A stretch of DNA of 61,672 nucleotides, the filler included, from Dugesia japonica (Eukaryota): NCBI GenBank assembly GCA_001938525.1. It is 6 parts of 6 records of this genome, joined end to end, with 100 filler letters (N's around TTAATTAATTAA, not from the genome) between each part and the next. Parts side by side here need not be neighbours in the genome. Positions count along the whole stretch, not along the records: positions 1 to 8,882 come from MQRL01381063.1; positions 8,983 to 22,437 come from MQRL01527767.1; 4 more parts are not named here. The stretch is one strand, 5' to 3'. Below are positions 1 to 12,875 of this stretch, piece by piece. The notes beneath the pieces are model-generated. The model did no database searches. It saw nothing but the letters and a program-made list of their open reading frames with translations, and was not told where the DNA came from. The translations under genes and the position numbers were made by a program. Positions within the stretch are counted from its first letter, which is position 1; every line of letters starts with the position of its first letter.

Positions 1-64
<64 letters not shown>
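1..64. repeat. (AAT)n microsatellite
   Basis: Perfect AAT run at the window start. Confidence 0.97.
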
Positions 65-68
<4 letters not shown>

Positions 69-149
69 TGGTAAGTACAGTGACCAAACATCCTATGACC
101 GTTTGTCTTTATGACCAACAGTCCGTATGACCATAAATCTATACACTGT

Positions 150-1110
150 CTAAACTACTCAAATGATTAATCCATTCCTGGAATTGTGACGTAATTGGTT
201 TCTTTGTCGTCATCATGAAATCTTCTACCGTACAAGTAATGTTTGAAATGCATACAGAAATAATAAACAGCCAATACCTCCTTTCGTGTAATGTAGTATG
301 CTTTTTCATGACTCTAGAATTCTAAATGTACTTCTTGTAATTTATTAAAACAACTCAAACTCATAACGTTAATTCTAGCTCCTTTATCTAATAAACATTC
401 GACTTTATTCCCTTGAATTGATAACGGAACACTTGGTCTACCTTGCAATTTATGATACGAAATATTTGTTTTCTGTTCTGCTTCAATTTTTCCAACCCAT
501 TCCACTTTTCTATCATTCACAAAGTTTTCTCTCTTTAAGAATCGGTATACTGTTTTCTGTATCTTTCCTGATATAATCCCACTTTTCGAGCCCCAGAGGA
601 TGATTACTCACTTCATTTATGAAGGGCTCCAACCAACTCCTCTACTGGTAGAGCCCTGCTTTTTGTGTACTGCCTTTCTAAATCACTTTGACATACTAAC
701 TCATATCCATCGCTTGTATTTACATCTTCATCTTCAACCATTTTTTCCTTAGTAAAATCTTTTTTTGTAAATAATCTTTTACTGAATTTTTTATATTTTT
801 AATATAAACTTGAATCTCTTCATTTCCACGCCTGTAGATAATCAAATTTTGAAAGTCTTTGATAACATCTTTCTCTTTCTCAAATGCAAAACGTAAATGA
901 GCCTGAAAACCTTCAATATTTTCCAACGTATTTACATATTCTTCCAACAATTCATCATCTAACAAACAAGCGACTAATCTCTCCTTTTGTTTCACATGGA
1001 TGATGTTTTTAGCTTCAAAATATAATTCGCAACGCTTGATGAATTGTTTAATATCATCTCATCTGCAGAAGATATTCGGCAATAACCTCTGTGTAATAGA
1101 ATCGGTATTT
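150..1110 (-). mobile_element. Decayed Ty3/Gypsy LTR retrotransposon gag + aspartic protease
   Basis: ORF 314-520 has GRPSVPLSIQGNKVECLLDKGARINVMS, a decayed retropepsin LLDTGA motif. A gag-like ORF (720-995) lies upstream on the same strand, after a PBS and LTR. Confidence 0.85.
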
Positions 1111-1123
1111 ACCGCTGCCACCA
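1111..1123 (-). promoter_or_regulatory. Primer-binding site, probably tRNA-Leu
   Basis: Minus strand reads ...CCTAACA|TGGTGGCAGCGGT, complementary to a tRNA 3' end ...ACCGCTGCCACCA, directly after an LTR-type CA end. Confidence 0.75.
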
Positions 1124-1337
1124 TGTTAGGTAGTTCTTCAATTGTTAATTTATTTTTAAAATCACAACTATTTAAACATAATGTTTTTGAATTCACACAG
1201 TATCTCACTTATATTATAATATGATAATAGAACGATTAAAATATTAATATATTAAATTAAAAATATTAAATATATTAAAATATTAAATCGCTTTCTATTG
1301 ACTAACATTATTAATTAATAACTATTTCCTTATAACA
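1124..1337 (-). mobile_element. Putative 5' LTR (about 214 bp)
   Basis: Bounded by TGTTA...TAACA and abuts the PBS. The second LTR is not in view. Confidence 0.6.
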
Positions 1338-1714
1338 TGTTTGCAAGATCAGTGTGGTGGCCACTCACAAATCTGTCAATTGACAAAATGTTGAGAACTC
1401 CTGATATAAACTATTTAAATAAATTCGCATATATATAGCAATAAGTCTTATTTCTTAAAATTTATGTCAACAAATAATTCCCAATTGTTTAATTAAACAC
1501 CAAGAATTTGCTTTCTCCAGAAATGTTATACCATTTTGTAAGTGTAAAAGAAATTATAAAAACAATATCAAAGTATACAATAATTTTTTAAAAAACGTTT
1601 TATTTATAAAAATATTTGATTGGTTAAATATATTATTTTAAATAAAATCAAATTGTAAATAAAGCATAAGTATTTTGTGATTAAACATTTGGAAATTTAA
1701 AACGTTAAGTAACT

Positions 1715-1765
1715 AATAATAGTTCGAAAGAGCTAGGGGTTCGAATTCCGCTGTTGCTACTGTGT
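1715..1765 (+). mobile_element. tRNA-derived SINE-like fragment
   Basis: B-box-like GGTTCGAATTCC, but no complete cloverleaf. Confidence 0.3.
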
Positions 1766-2112
1766 GAGAAAGTTAGTCCGAAAAATATTTATATTCATCA
1801 ACAAAATGATTAGTTTCATATATATTTTATTTAACAAAATTCAAAATTAACTTAAGAACATTTTGTAAAAAAGATTGAACATAAATTTGATATTTTTATT
1901 TTTTTCCTTATAATTGTGTTTGTATGTTATTAAAAATTTGAATTTTTTTGTTAAATATTCAGTGTAAATACTAATAAAAATTTAGTGTTTTTTTACAGAT
2001 ATGATATTTGCAATCTTTGCCGAGCAGAATAATTTTCTTATTTGTTTTTAATTTGGAAAATTATATTATTTAGAAATAAATTATCAAATTTTTATTTCTC
2101 TATAGTCTAGAC

Positions 2113-2552
2113 CAGTGTTTCCAAACCTTTTTCGTTCCATGCCCCACCTAAGCTTTAAAAATTTTTTTATGTCCCCCGCATAACATAAAATTTTTTAATT
2201 TTTCAATAAGTATCTTAAATGATGGATTTCAGGTAGAAATAACAAGAAAGTTATTAAACAAACATAATAATTCAGGTATTCAAATAGAAGTTATCTGAAT
2301 GCAACTCGGTCACCTCATAATGTCATTTCATTGGTCTTTTAAGTGGAGTCATTCGTGGTAAGATACTCAGTAAAGATGATAGAAAATATTTAAATGGCGG
2401 CTAAAAGTTATTTGCACTCCATACTGTATGTTTACTAAGCCTGAGAGACGACTTAGAGTCGTCATATGGTTAAATTTGCATTCTTTAAAAATTCATTTTT
2501 CAATTGCCCCCCTGAACAATCGAATTACCCCTGTATCATCAAAAAAACACTG
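2113..2552. mobile_element. hAT-family MITE
   Basis: Termini CAGTGTTT...AAACACTG with 8-bp TSD GTCTAGAC (2105-2112) / GTCTATAC (2553-2560). Confidence 0.85.
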
Positions 2553-3345
2553 GTCTATACGAATCTTTACCTAACTATTGGAGTCAAGTCAGTCGTAGTG
2601 GTCACTATGCAAAGGAGGATGAGGTGACGATGTATTCATGATGTTGAAGCCCCGAGTTCATGGGATAATCGAATCATACTAGTTCTCGAATTGACTACCA
2701 TGGCTTTGCGTAAGACTTCTAGTTTCAGCGTTGTTGGTCCTACTTATCACTAGGATAGTGTCTCCACTATTGAAACGTTTGAATCAAATCGATACTGCAG
2801 CATGTTCTATGGTTCTATCGTCTTATACTGTACAAATTTCGGCAGCTATTACTGGTGCACTTAGTTCCTTTTTCTAATTAAGGTTCTAATAGCAATTTTT
2901 CCTCCCTTTTTGCGAACCTAAAAAAGTATGAATAATTTCAATCGATGAAAAATAAGTATGAACGCGAAATATACGATAAAACATGTCAAACATACATAAA
3001 TCAATAAATAAAAATTCACTGAGTTTCTACGAACGTATGTAAAACCAGACTAAAGGTAGTTATTTTTCTGAGAAAATGCATGATTTTTGAATGATGTAAG
3101 TCATTTTTGTAATTATATAAAATTAATTAAATATGGCTTATTTAATAGTTTCGATTTCAATTTTAGGATTATAATATTTTTGTATTCAACCAATTTAGTA
3201 TTAATAAAAACTATCTGAAAACGAATGATACGTAGGTCCAACACTTAAAAATTACGATCTGTGTTGAAAACCACAACAATTTTAAATTGTACTTCATTTG
3301 GTATTTTTTTTTAATTGAAATGAATAACTAATTAAATTAAACGTA

Positions 3346-4201
3346 CTTTTAAAATTTCTTTCAATTTTTTAATTTCATAATCTCTTGTGTAGTAAGCACA
3401 GTATTTTGAATGATGAGCATGAAAAGTTCCAGATAAATTACAATTTAATTTATTGCATTTCTTTTAAAAATTAAAACAAATCAGTTGAATATTTAAAAAA
3501 AATCAAAAATAAACTTTAAAAAAGGTTTCATTACAACAACCGCAAAATTCAAAACCGCAGTTTCTACAATTGAAATGTAAGCATCCGCCATTTGCTAATT
3601 CGAATTTCATTTTACACTTTGGACATTCTTAAAATTGTGTAATAAGTTTAATTTANNNNNNNNNNNNNNNNNNNNNNNNNNNNNNNNNNNNAAATTTGGA
3701 TCATCATTCACTATTCTCAAATTATACTCACTACATGTTTCATCATCATGCCACTATAATATGATTAACATAAATAATGATAAAAGAAAGTTTTACTAGA
3801 ACATTGCAAGATGCACACATAGAAGTACCACAAACGGAACATGCTACTTTTATTTGTAAATCATCAATTATTTCAAATCCGTTCGTACACTAGAAAATTA
3901 TTAATTTTCGACTTTTATAGATATTAAAAACTTCTTCATTTTTACACCATCGGAATTTCAAATTAGCTTCCAGCTGTTGATCACGTAACTTATCATTAAA
4001 TAAAGCTTTTAATACCGGATCCGAATCTATTATAGGACGAAAAGCAAGAAAATGAACATTTTTATTAATATTGCTCATTTCTTTGCCAAAGCATTGAGGA
4101 CAAATCCAATCATTTGGTGGTTTGTTCATTATCATATCTTTGAGCCATAATGTGATGCATAATTTACAAAATCGGCACTTACAGGAAAACATTTCATGCA
4201 T
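3346..4201 (-). CDS. RNF31: RNF31/HOIP-like RBR E3 ligase: RING1-IBR-RING2-LDD exons (partial, spliced)
   Basis: Exons joined over about 40-50 nt introns give ...WICPQC...ALFNDKLRDQQLEANLKFRWCKNEE|CTNGF...CSVCGTSMCASC...|ECPKCKMKFELANGGCLHFNCRNCGFEFCGCCNETF|KCNKLNCNLSGTFHAHHSKYCAYYTRDY. This matches HOIP RING2 (LARGGCMHFHC) and the LDD start (LHGHHPRDCLFYLRD). The catalytic Cys and His are retained. Gene ends are not resolved. Confidence 0.8.
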
Positions 4202-5875
4202 CTACAATTGAAATCTCATTATAAACCAAAGTACTTATTAGATTTCTTGTAATTAAAAATAAATTCTGTTTAATTTCTATTTTGTATTATGAAATTTCTA
4301 AATAATTACTATTAATAATGCGTTAATTTTAGCAGAGGCTTTAATAACAAACATTAAATTATTTAATATATTCATCGACGCTAGCCGAAAAAATTTCACG
4401 GGGATGAAAATTTTATTTTCTGAAAAATATATAAAATTACTGTTAAACTTAATATGAATGAAAAACATTTTAACTTTTTTCTATCAAGTTAATTTAATTT
4501 AAACAGTGAATATATTATAAAATTTATTTATTTAAATATTAAAATTTTAAATTAAATTTTTAAGAATTACGAATTTTAATACGAATATGGGCTTTTAAAA
4601 TTTCATTTCATTAAATATGTTTAGCAAAAAATTTATAAAAAATTTTTAATTTTTATTATATTCAGTATAATTGCTTAAATCTTTGTTTGAATAATACAGA
4701 CTGAATAATATAATATTTTTCATTTTGTCTGATGATGACGGTTGATGCTTCACATTAAAGATTAATGAAATGAGGTCCATGAAGAAACATATAGCAATTC
4801 TAAACAAAACAGAGAAAATATAAATTAAGAATCGATAGAAAATAAAGTAAATATACAGATTTTTAAATGACATAATATTATAATATGTAAAATTACCCAA
4901 TATTATAGAAAGGTTTTATATAACTGAATAATTATCCAAATATATAAAATGTTTCATAAATTGAGTAAAGTAAGCAATAATATAAAATAATATAAATTTA
5001 TATTTTAATTAATATAAATTTCTTTGTATGTAATTATAACAAAGTTATTATAATTAGTTTCATTATTATTATGATTATGATTTATTATTATTATACAGTA
5101 GTAACTCATTTTAATGTATACCGGGGGAATATTAATATTAAGTCTGTACGGGGGAGTATCTAATGTTAATATTAATATAGTCCGTCGCGACTAATCGTAA
5201 TATTCCTCGGGGGAAATTTAAATTAAACAATAGTTAATTTACATTAATTTAAAAAAAAATTTTAAAAAAATTAAACGAAATATCTAACTTAAACAAAAAT
5301 AATTAATTTCACTTAATTCAAACAAACAATAAATAATTTAACCTCATTTAAATCAAAGAAATTTAATAAAGAATGGAGCGAAACCTAGTTTGGATAAGAA
5401 ATAATTGAATATGTATTACTTGCTTATCCCAGTGTTGGTCTAAGTGATGAAAATATAATTAAATCCTAGTGCAGTGGGCCTAATTACAACAATTGGTTTT
5501 TTAATTGTATCTAGTTTAATGATCTTATATTTAATTTAAAAAACCTATATTTTGAATATTGAAACCCATATTTTCTTGTTAAACTCCATATTTTCATGAT
5601 AATACTCATATTTGTCATTAAACTTTTATTTTCCATTAAACCTATATTTTCAATGTTGAGATCTGGATTTCCCATGTTGAACTCTCATTCTTTAACAACG
5701 CATCTGAATATTGGCTATCTTAAAGGAAAAGAAACCCACAAAACCAAAGAGCAAGAAGGTTACCAATGAACAAGCAAAGAACCAAGGAGCAAGCAAAGAA
5801 GCAAAAGGATAATCAGATGATGAAAATATACAGAAATGACTATATTATTTTAAATAAAAAGTATATCATACCAGC

Positions 5876-7151
5876 TATGGGCTGCATTACCGGTAAACGA
5901 TCAACCGGTGAACCTGTTTTACCGGCAAATTGTATTACCGAAAATACCTGGTAAATTCTGTAAATTTCTTTTCAAATGTTTGAATGAAATAACTTTTGAT
6001 ATTGGGATTTTTTGATAATTAAAAAATGTCGTAAAATCTGTTGCATATTACATATTTTATCATTTACTTATGTTAACGTACTAGAAGTAAAATTCAGTTT
6101 GCTTACATTCGGAAAGCTTATTAAATTTATATGAACAGTACAAAAAATCCCTTGATTTACATCAATAAAAATCTCATAGTAATCGCTGTTACCGTATAGC
6201 TAGAATTTTTCTATGCTATACAATAACGATATAATTAAAAAAAATCAATTCAAAAAAATTTCTTTATGGTAAAATATATTGTGGTGGTGTTCTTTTAAAT
6301 ATTGTTTTGTGTAGAATTTCATAATAATTTGATTAATTAGACTGTGGTAAGTATTTATTCTATTTTATTTAAAAATCAATATTTTACATAATTTGTACAT
6401 TTAAATTTGAAGTCATGGAGACTGAAAAAACAAAGAATGGGACTATATTATACTCGGAATGGAAAATATCATGCCAAATGTAGGCTACTAGATATGCTTG
6501 AACGATTTTATCAATTAAAATCATGTGCTAGAAAGATTTAAATATTAATATTTCTTTTTCAGAAAATGAAATTAATTCTATTAATTCGGTAAAATCTACG
6601 TTGCTACCTGTAAAATTAGTTGCAGAAGCTTTAAGTACAGCTGATTGCACCTTATTGAATGCTGATATCGTCATAAAATTTATGCTTGATGAATTGCCTA
6701 CACAGAATAGTACTCTAACCAGAGAATTGAAATATGAATTACTTTTACGTATCCAAGACCTTTTCCGATGTTATGCAGATTCTACATAATCCTCTTAACT
6801 TGAAGGATATCCATCAATAAGACAATTATAATTTATTCATATTAAAAAAATAAGTGTTTTCTTTTAGTTTTATTAAATTGATGTATTTTTCATTTCATTA
6901 TCGAATTAATTTATTTTGGTTTCATTATTGAATTGTTATAATTATGTTTTATTCTTTTCTAGATAAATGAATTAAAATTTTATGATTTAGACTAAATATT
7001 ATAAAATTGTTGTTAGTTAGTTCTTCGTACATTGTTGTCCGCCCGCCATCAATAATATGTTATACATGATTTTTTTATTTAAAAACTGGTTAACCAGATT
7101 TTACTCAAATATTTACCGTAAAGCCGAAATTCAGTAATTTTGTAGCCCCAA
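5876..7151 (+). mobile_element. Internally deleted hAT transposon
   Basis: Termini TGGGCTGCA...TGTAGCCC with approximate 8-bp TSD ATACCAGC/TTGCCAGC. Transposase remnants LLDMLERFYQLKSC and LLPVKLVAEALS...TLLNAD at 6480-6790. Confidence 0.7.
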
Positions 7152-7219
7152 TTGCCAGCTCTTGATCACTCAATGAATTCTTTTATCAGTATACGTCACT
7201 CTTTGTAGATTAAAATCCA

Positions 7220-7980
7220 ATAGAAAATAGGGGAAATAGGGTTAAGAATAGGAGGAAATAGGGAAAATAAGGGTAAAATATCATAAATAGGGATCAGTGT
7301 TTAAAAAGGCTAAAATATGGCAAAATGGTATAAAATAAATGAAAATGGGCAAAAGGTGACAAAATGTAGAGGAATTAAACATATTAAATGAGTATATGTA
7401 TAGATTAAATTTAATATAATTAGTCTAATCTCATATTTTTCTATAGTAAAACTTTTATTTTCAATTAATCCATAATTCTTCTATGAAAAAAGCAAATACT
7501 TTCAACGATGAACCATTATGAAACTCATATTTTCAATAATGAAATCATTTAATAATGTATAAGTTATAGTCAGTAGATTGAATTTACTAACAATGCAAGT
7601 AATCATTAGGTATTTAAAAGAAATAGAAACCGATGAAAACTAAGAGGGACGCAGGAAAACTAAGGAGCAAGCAAAGATGAAGATAAATATGCAGGATTTT
7701 ATTGAAAAGGATACCTATATTTTACAAGATAGAACTCGTATTTTTCATGTTGAAACCTATATTGAACTAAAATTATATTCGACGCAATCTTTTATCCAAT
7801 AAAATAATACCATGAGTTATGATTATCTTTGAAACTTAATACATAAATATAAAAAAAATAAGAAGAAATACGGTAAAATATTGGGAAATCCAGCAAAATA
7901 GAGAAGAATCGGGCAAAATAAACCAAAATAGTTTAAATGGGGCAAAACAGGGTAAAAATAGGGTATATTAGGGTAATTGA
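7220..7980. repeat. Degenerate AAATAGGG-type minisatellite blocks
   Basis: Repeated aaataggg / caaaata motifs at about 7220-7360 and 7860-7980. Confidence 0.5.
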
Positions 7981-8712
7981 AAGATTTTGCTTGCCAGCTA
8001 AAAAAGCCTGAAAAATTTAACACCAGTTAATTCTGATTAAATTAACCTAATGACATAATTTGTGTGTAAAACATTTTCCCAACTAAATACACGTGGAAAA
8101 ATTAAACTAAATGAACAAATATTACCAAGTATAATGCAATTTATAAATTCCCAACTAAATACATTAGGATTAAATTTCATGACATCACTAATCCTGGCGG
8201 AAGTATTTGTGTGTGGTGTTGAATGCCACTATCCCTCTACTGCAGTTTCTATGCTTTACCTTTTCTTACATCCTTTCATAATCTAATGCTGTTCGTTTTC
8301 ATCCGTTCATCTTTTAACTCAATTTTTTATATTCTTTTAATTATTGTGTAAACATGCTGAACCACATAATAATTGGTTTACGTAATAAATGCAGATCTAC
8401 TAAGTTACAATTATAGTGATAGAATATTCATGTGATTCTAGTTACCTAATAGTCAAATACTCACGAATCCTATGTTTAAAAACTTATAACTAATGAACAG
8501 AAAAAATTATATAGGAAGAGTAATGAAAACCTAATTAAACATACCATTATCTAACCAGAATCATGAAAACAAAAAAAATGAAAGAGGCCATGCACTCTTT
8601 GCATTGAGAGTTAACGGATTTCTTCTGAAAATCGATAATTAGGGTACTCATAATAAAAAACAGAGACAGGACAGGGTCAATATAATCCACAAAGACCTCC
8701 AGAACACCAACA

Positions 8713-8747
<35 letters not shown>

Positions 8748-8882
8748 GTTGGGGTTTTACCTTTTTTTATTGTTGCCGATTTATATTATTAAATCTAGGG
8801 GGGGTCGGCATTTATATAAAATCCGGTCTAGGGTCATGGATTTGGTAAAAACCCCGCGATGAATTTAAATCTGGTGTCCCCC

Positions 8883-8982
8883 NNNNNNNNNNNNNNNNNN
8901 NNNNNNNNNNNNNNNNNNNNNNNNNNTTAATTAATTAANNNNNNNNNNNNNNNNNNNNNNNNNNNNNNNNNNNNNNNNNNNN
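8883..8982. other. Artificial scaffold linker
   Basis: N44-TTAATTAATTAA-N44, with stops in all six frames. Confidence 0.97.
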
Positions 8983-10408
8983 TAAAAACAAAATGTTTTG
9001 AATTGATACCAGCAACTAAAACAAAAATAACATTAACAGAAAAAAGAAATATTTTAGCAAATTCAGATAATTATAAAATTACAAAACTTATGATTAAAAA
9101 CGTTTCAAGAAAAATTTTTTTTTCCGACGAAGAAAAAGAAATAGATCGAGCATTAAATTTCAAATAAAATGTTATCAAAATGTTAGCAAAATAATTGCAA
9201 CTTCTTCAAAGTTTTTCTTGATGAAGTGGATGATTTCATTGAGATAATTAAGCAAGACAAATTTTGGAAATTTTACAAAAATTGAAATTTTGGAAATTTT
9301 CGATTTTACGGGTCTGCGTGGAATTTTTTGATTTTTGGAAATTTTCGCGNNNNNNNNNNNNNNNNNNNNNNNNNNNNNNNNNNNNNNNNNNNNNNNNNNC
9401 CACAATTTATACAAAACGAAATTCACGAGTATAACTTAGAATTTTGGAAAAACCATTATTTACACCACTCTCGTATTCAAGAAAATAATTTAGAAATGTG
9501 GAATTGTCCTATAGATTGTTGGTGTAACATTCATAACCAAGGTTGTATATTTTGCAATCATGCTTGTGAAATTTGTAATGATGGTGAAGTAATATTTTCA
9601 AATCCTATAACAGAAGGTGGATAANATCAAATTAATCATNTAAAAAAATGGTGATAGAAAATNAAAAATCAACATGTGAAAATGCTGTTGAATATATAAA
9701 CTGTGCAGCTAACTTTGATTCTAATTTATTTGAAAAATCCCAAAAGATTTGTTTAGCTGCAAAATATCAAGATTTTTGTTTTAAAAATCCAAATTTAAAA
9801 GATTCGTCTATAGCAAAAGAAATGGGAATAACAATTCATACACTTAATAAAAATTTACGAGAATTAAATTTAAAACCAGAAAGAAAAAAATACCACAGAT
9901 TAAAATATTCTTTTAATCAAAAATCTAAGTAATATGAAAAAGATCAATATGGTAATTATTTTCTCAATGTAAAAACAAAATGTTTTGAATTGATACCAGC
10001 AACTAAAACAAAAATAACATTAACAGAAAAAAGAAATATTTTAATAAATTCAGATAATTATAAAATTACAAAACTTATAATTAAAAACGTTTCAAGAAAA
10101 AATTTTTTTTCCGACGAATAAAAAGAAATAGATCGAGCATTAAATTTCAAATAAAATGTTAGCAAAATAATTGCAACTTCTTCAAATATTTTTTTGATGA
10201 AGTGGAGGATTTCATTGAGATAATTAAGCAAGACAAATTTCGGAAATTTTACAAAAATTGAAATTTTGGAAATTTTCGATTTTACGGGTCTGCGTGGGAT
10301 TTTTCGATTTTTGGAAATTTTCGCGATTTTAAGGGTAAATTTTAAAGGTTGCCTGATGGGTACCCCCTTGGCTTATAATCGCGGTTACCCTATTATATAT
10401 ACATATAT
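8983..10408 (+). mobile_element. End of an unclassified element with a Cys/His-rich ORF and an HTH ORF; internal direct duplication
   Basis: 8983-9349 is repeated at about 9971-10325. The ORF ending at 9624 has CPIDCWCNIHNQGCIFCNHACEIC. ORF 9648-9932 has HTH-like DSSIAKEMGITIHTLNKNLREL and appears to continue by frameshift to about 10153. The GC-richer end ...CGCGGTTACCC abuts a TA-rich run. Confidence 0.45.
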
Positions 10409-11059
10409 ATAAAGAAATAATAAATTATACAAAAACATATTAGCACCATTGGCATCAGTATAAAAAGTTACCTATACATTTAAAATCTATTTTCTTAAGC
10501 ACCAAACCCCACCCTTTGTCGAAGAAGCAAAATAGAAATTTGGTTTTCACATTTAGATAGAAAATTAAAATGTAAGATCCATACAAACTTTATGAAAATG
10601 ACTCTTTCCTTTTCACAATAGCTGCTAAAGATACATATTGATTTTATAAGTCAAANTTCATTTAAAATCATATTTTCTGGTTAAACTTGATATTTTTGGA
10701 TGCACAATAAGATGATGAACACAATGGCGTTGTTTAAATGTTATTTATATGTAATGGTATCATTTCTTAATTAAAATTTATCAAACTTGATATCATTAAA
10801 ATACTAATATGACAAATACATATACCATGTTTTCAAATCAGTTTGACGAATAGTTAGCAAAACATTATTCATTTAAATTTTAAACATGAATAAAAAATGA
10901 ATAAATTATCTATTTACAAATTGTAAATAGATAAAATGTAGTTAAAAATTATTATGAAAATTTTAAAAATGCATTTATATTGCATTCGTATTGCACGTGT
11001 ACTATTTCATAAAAATTAACACCCACGCAGACACATACAGACACATATACAAGTAGTTT

Positions 11060-11670
11060 GTTGTACTTTCATCGACTTCTTTGTAAATTTTGTCAAATTT
11101 CACTGACTTCTATGCAATTTTTGAAATTCTTTGATGACTTCTTTGTAATTTATAAAAAGTTGTCATGACTTCTATATAATTTTTGAAATATTTCATCAAC
11201 ATCTATGTATTTAATAAGGTTTAGTGTGTATTATAAAACACTATTGGGTTTATTGTGTGTATTTAATGTTATTATTAGGTATAATGTGTGTATTATTTAT
11301 CTTTATTGAGAGTATTGTAGATAATACCCATTTGGTTTTTTAGAGTGTATTATATGACTATATTAGATTTATTGTTTGTAATTAAGAAGCTTTATTGAGT
11401 TTAGTGTGTGTTGTATAAGGAATGTTGTATAATGTTGTATTCTTAAATGGATTTAATGTATGGATTATATACCTTTTTTGGGTTTAGTGTGTATCAGACT
11501 CTATTGGGGCTATTGTGTGTATTGTATAACTATATAGGATTTAATATATAAGACCCATTGGTTTCCTATGTATAGGAATATATTCGTTTATTTTGGTGTA
11601 TTTAAGTGACTTTATTGGGATATTTGTATGTATATTATATGACTATATCGAGTTTATTGTGTCTATTATA
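11060..11670. repeat. Two degenerate minisatellite arrays
   Basis: About 32-bp GACTTCT(A/T)TG..ATTTT units (11070-11210), then about 40-bp TATTGGGTTTATTGTGTGTATT units (11220-11670). Confidence 0.7.
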
Positions 11671-12875
11671 TGAAAATGCGCTGGAATGGATAAATAAGAA
11701 TTTAAATAAAATAAATTAAGTAATATTGTAATAAGCCAGAATAAATATATGAAATAAAAATTGAAATTATATACAAAATAATAACAGAATTTATATATTA
11801 AATTTTAAAGTAAAAGAATAATAAATGAGTAAATTACAATGTTAGTAAAGAATGCTGGAATTATGTAATTAGTATTGAAATAGATTAATAAATGAGAAAT
11901 GATAGAAAGAGGAATGAATGTGTTAACGGTAAACATGTAAAGATATACAGATTGTAATGAGCATTATAGTGTCGAAGTGTAAGACGGAAGGGGAAACCGA
12001 TTAATATTAAATTAAATTAAATACAATGATGTAGAAATAATTTTAAAAAAATATTACCTTGAAAAACAGCGAGGTTGGCGCCCACTAAATGAATAATGAA
12101 AATGAACAACTATTTATACCTTCGGAAATCGGCTATTAATAAATCAAGTCGACATGAGTAAACAAAAGATCTCATTTCAGAATCGTTATCAAATAAGGGA
12201 AATATCAAAATAAGAAATAATTAAATTTAAATTAACTTAGTAAACATCAAAGTTCTCGGTATGTTTACATGGAGCAAACAATTGCGAAAAATACCCAAAT
12301 AAACTTAAAATATTTTTATTATTAAAAAGTGGTAATTAAGAAAAATAGTAATTAAAAATTTTAAANNNNNNNNNNNNNNNNNNNNNNNNNNNNNNNNNAT
12401 CAAATTGTAGTTTTAATAGGGATTATGCATAAAAATGCAAATAAAAATATAAAATAACAAAATGTTAGGATACATATATAGTAGCGAGAAAGAAGCGAAG
12501 AACATCTCTAACAGAAAAAATTTAAGTTGTTTGAGTATTCTATTGCTTTTGGATACTCAATGGTTTTCAAAGTATTCCAGACACTTTCAACACAACCATA
12601 ATATTTTACCTGAAAAACATCATATTGCATTGAAAACATTAGGAACAGGCTACATTTCTACACTTCACAGAAAGAAAACATGAACAAATATTAATTAAGC
12701 AGGATAAACCTAAGATCAATATAGTTTTTAATAATTAAAATAATAAAAATTTTTAAAAAATTAATATCAATATCAATAAAGTAAATTTTGAAAAATTCAT
12801 TAAAAAACGAAATAATATTGATAAAACTTAAGTAGAACAATTTTTGTAAGAAAGCTTTACTTTATTTAAAGTTTG

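Noticed and set aside
1715-1765. tRNA gene
   Set aside because: Only a B-box/T-arm-like piece; no acceptor stem or anticodon arm.
8927-8938. Palindromic TTAATTAATTAA recurring five times, as a biological repeat or CRISPR-like array
   Set aside because: Always centred in exactly 44+44 Ns, so it is an assembly spacer.
11060-11670. CRISPR-like repeat-spacer array
   Set aside because: Units are degenerate along their whole length with no unique spacers, the context is eukaryotic, and there are no cas genes.
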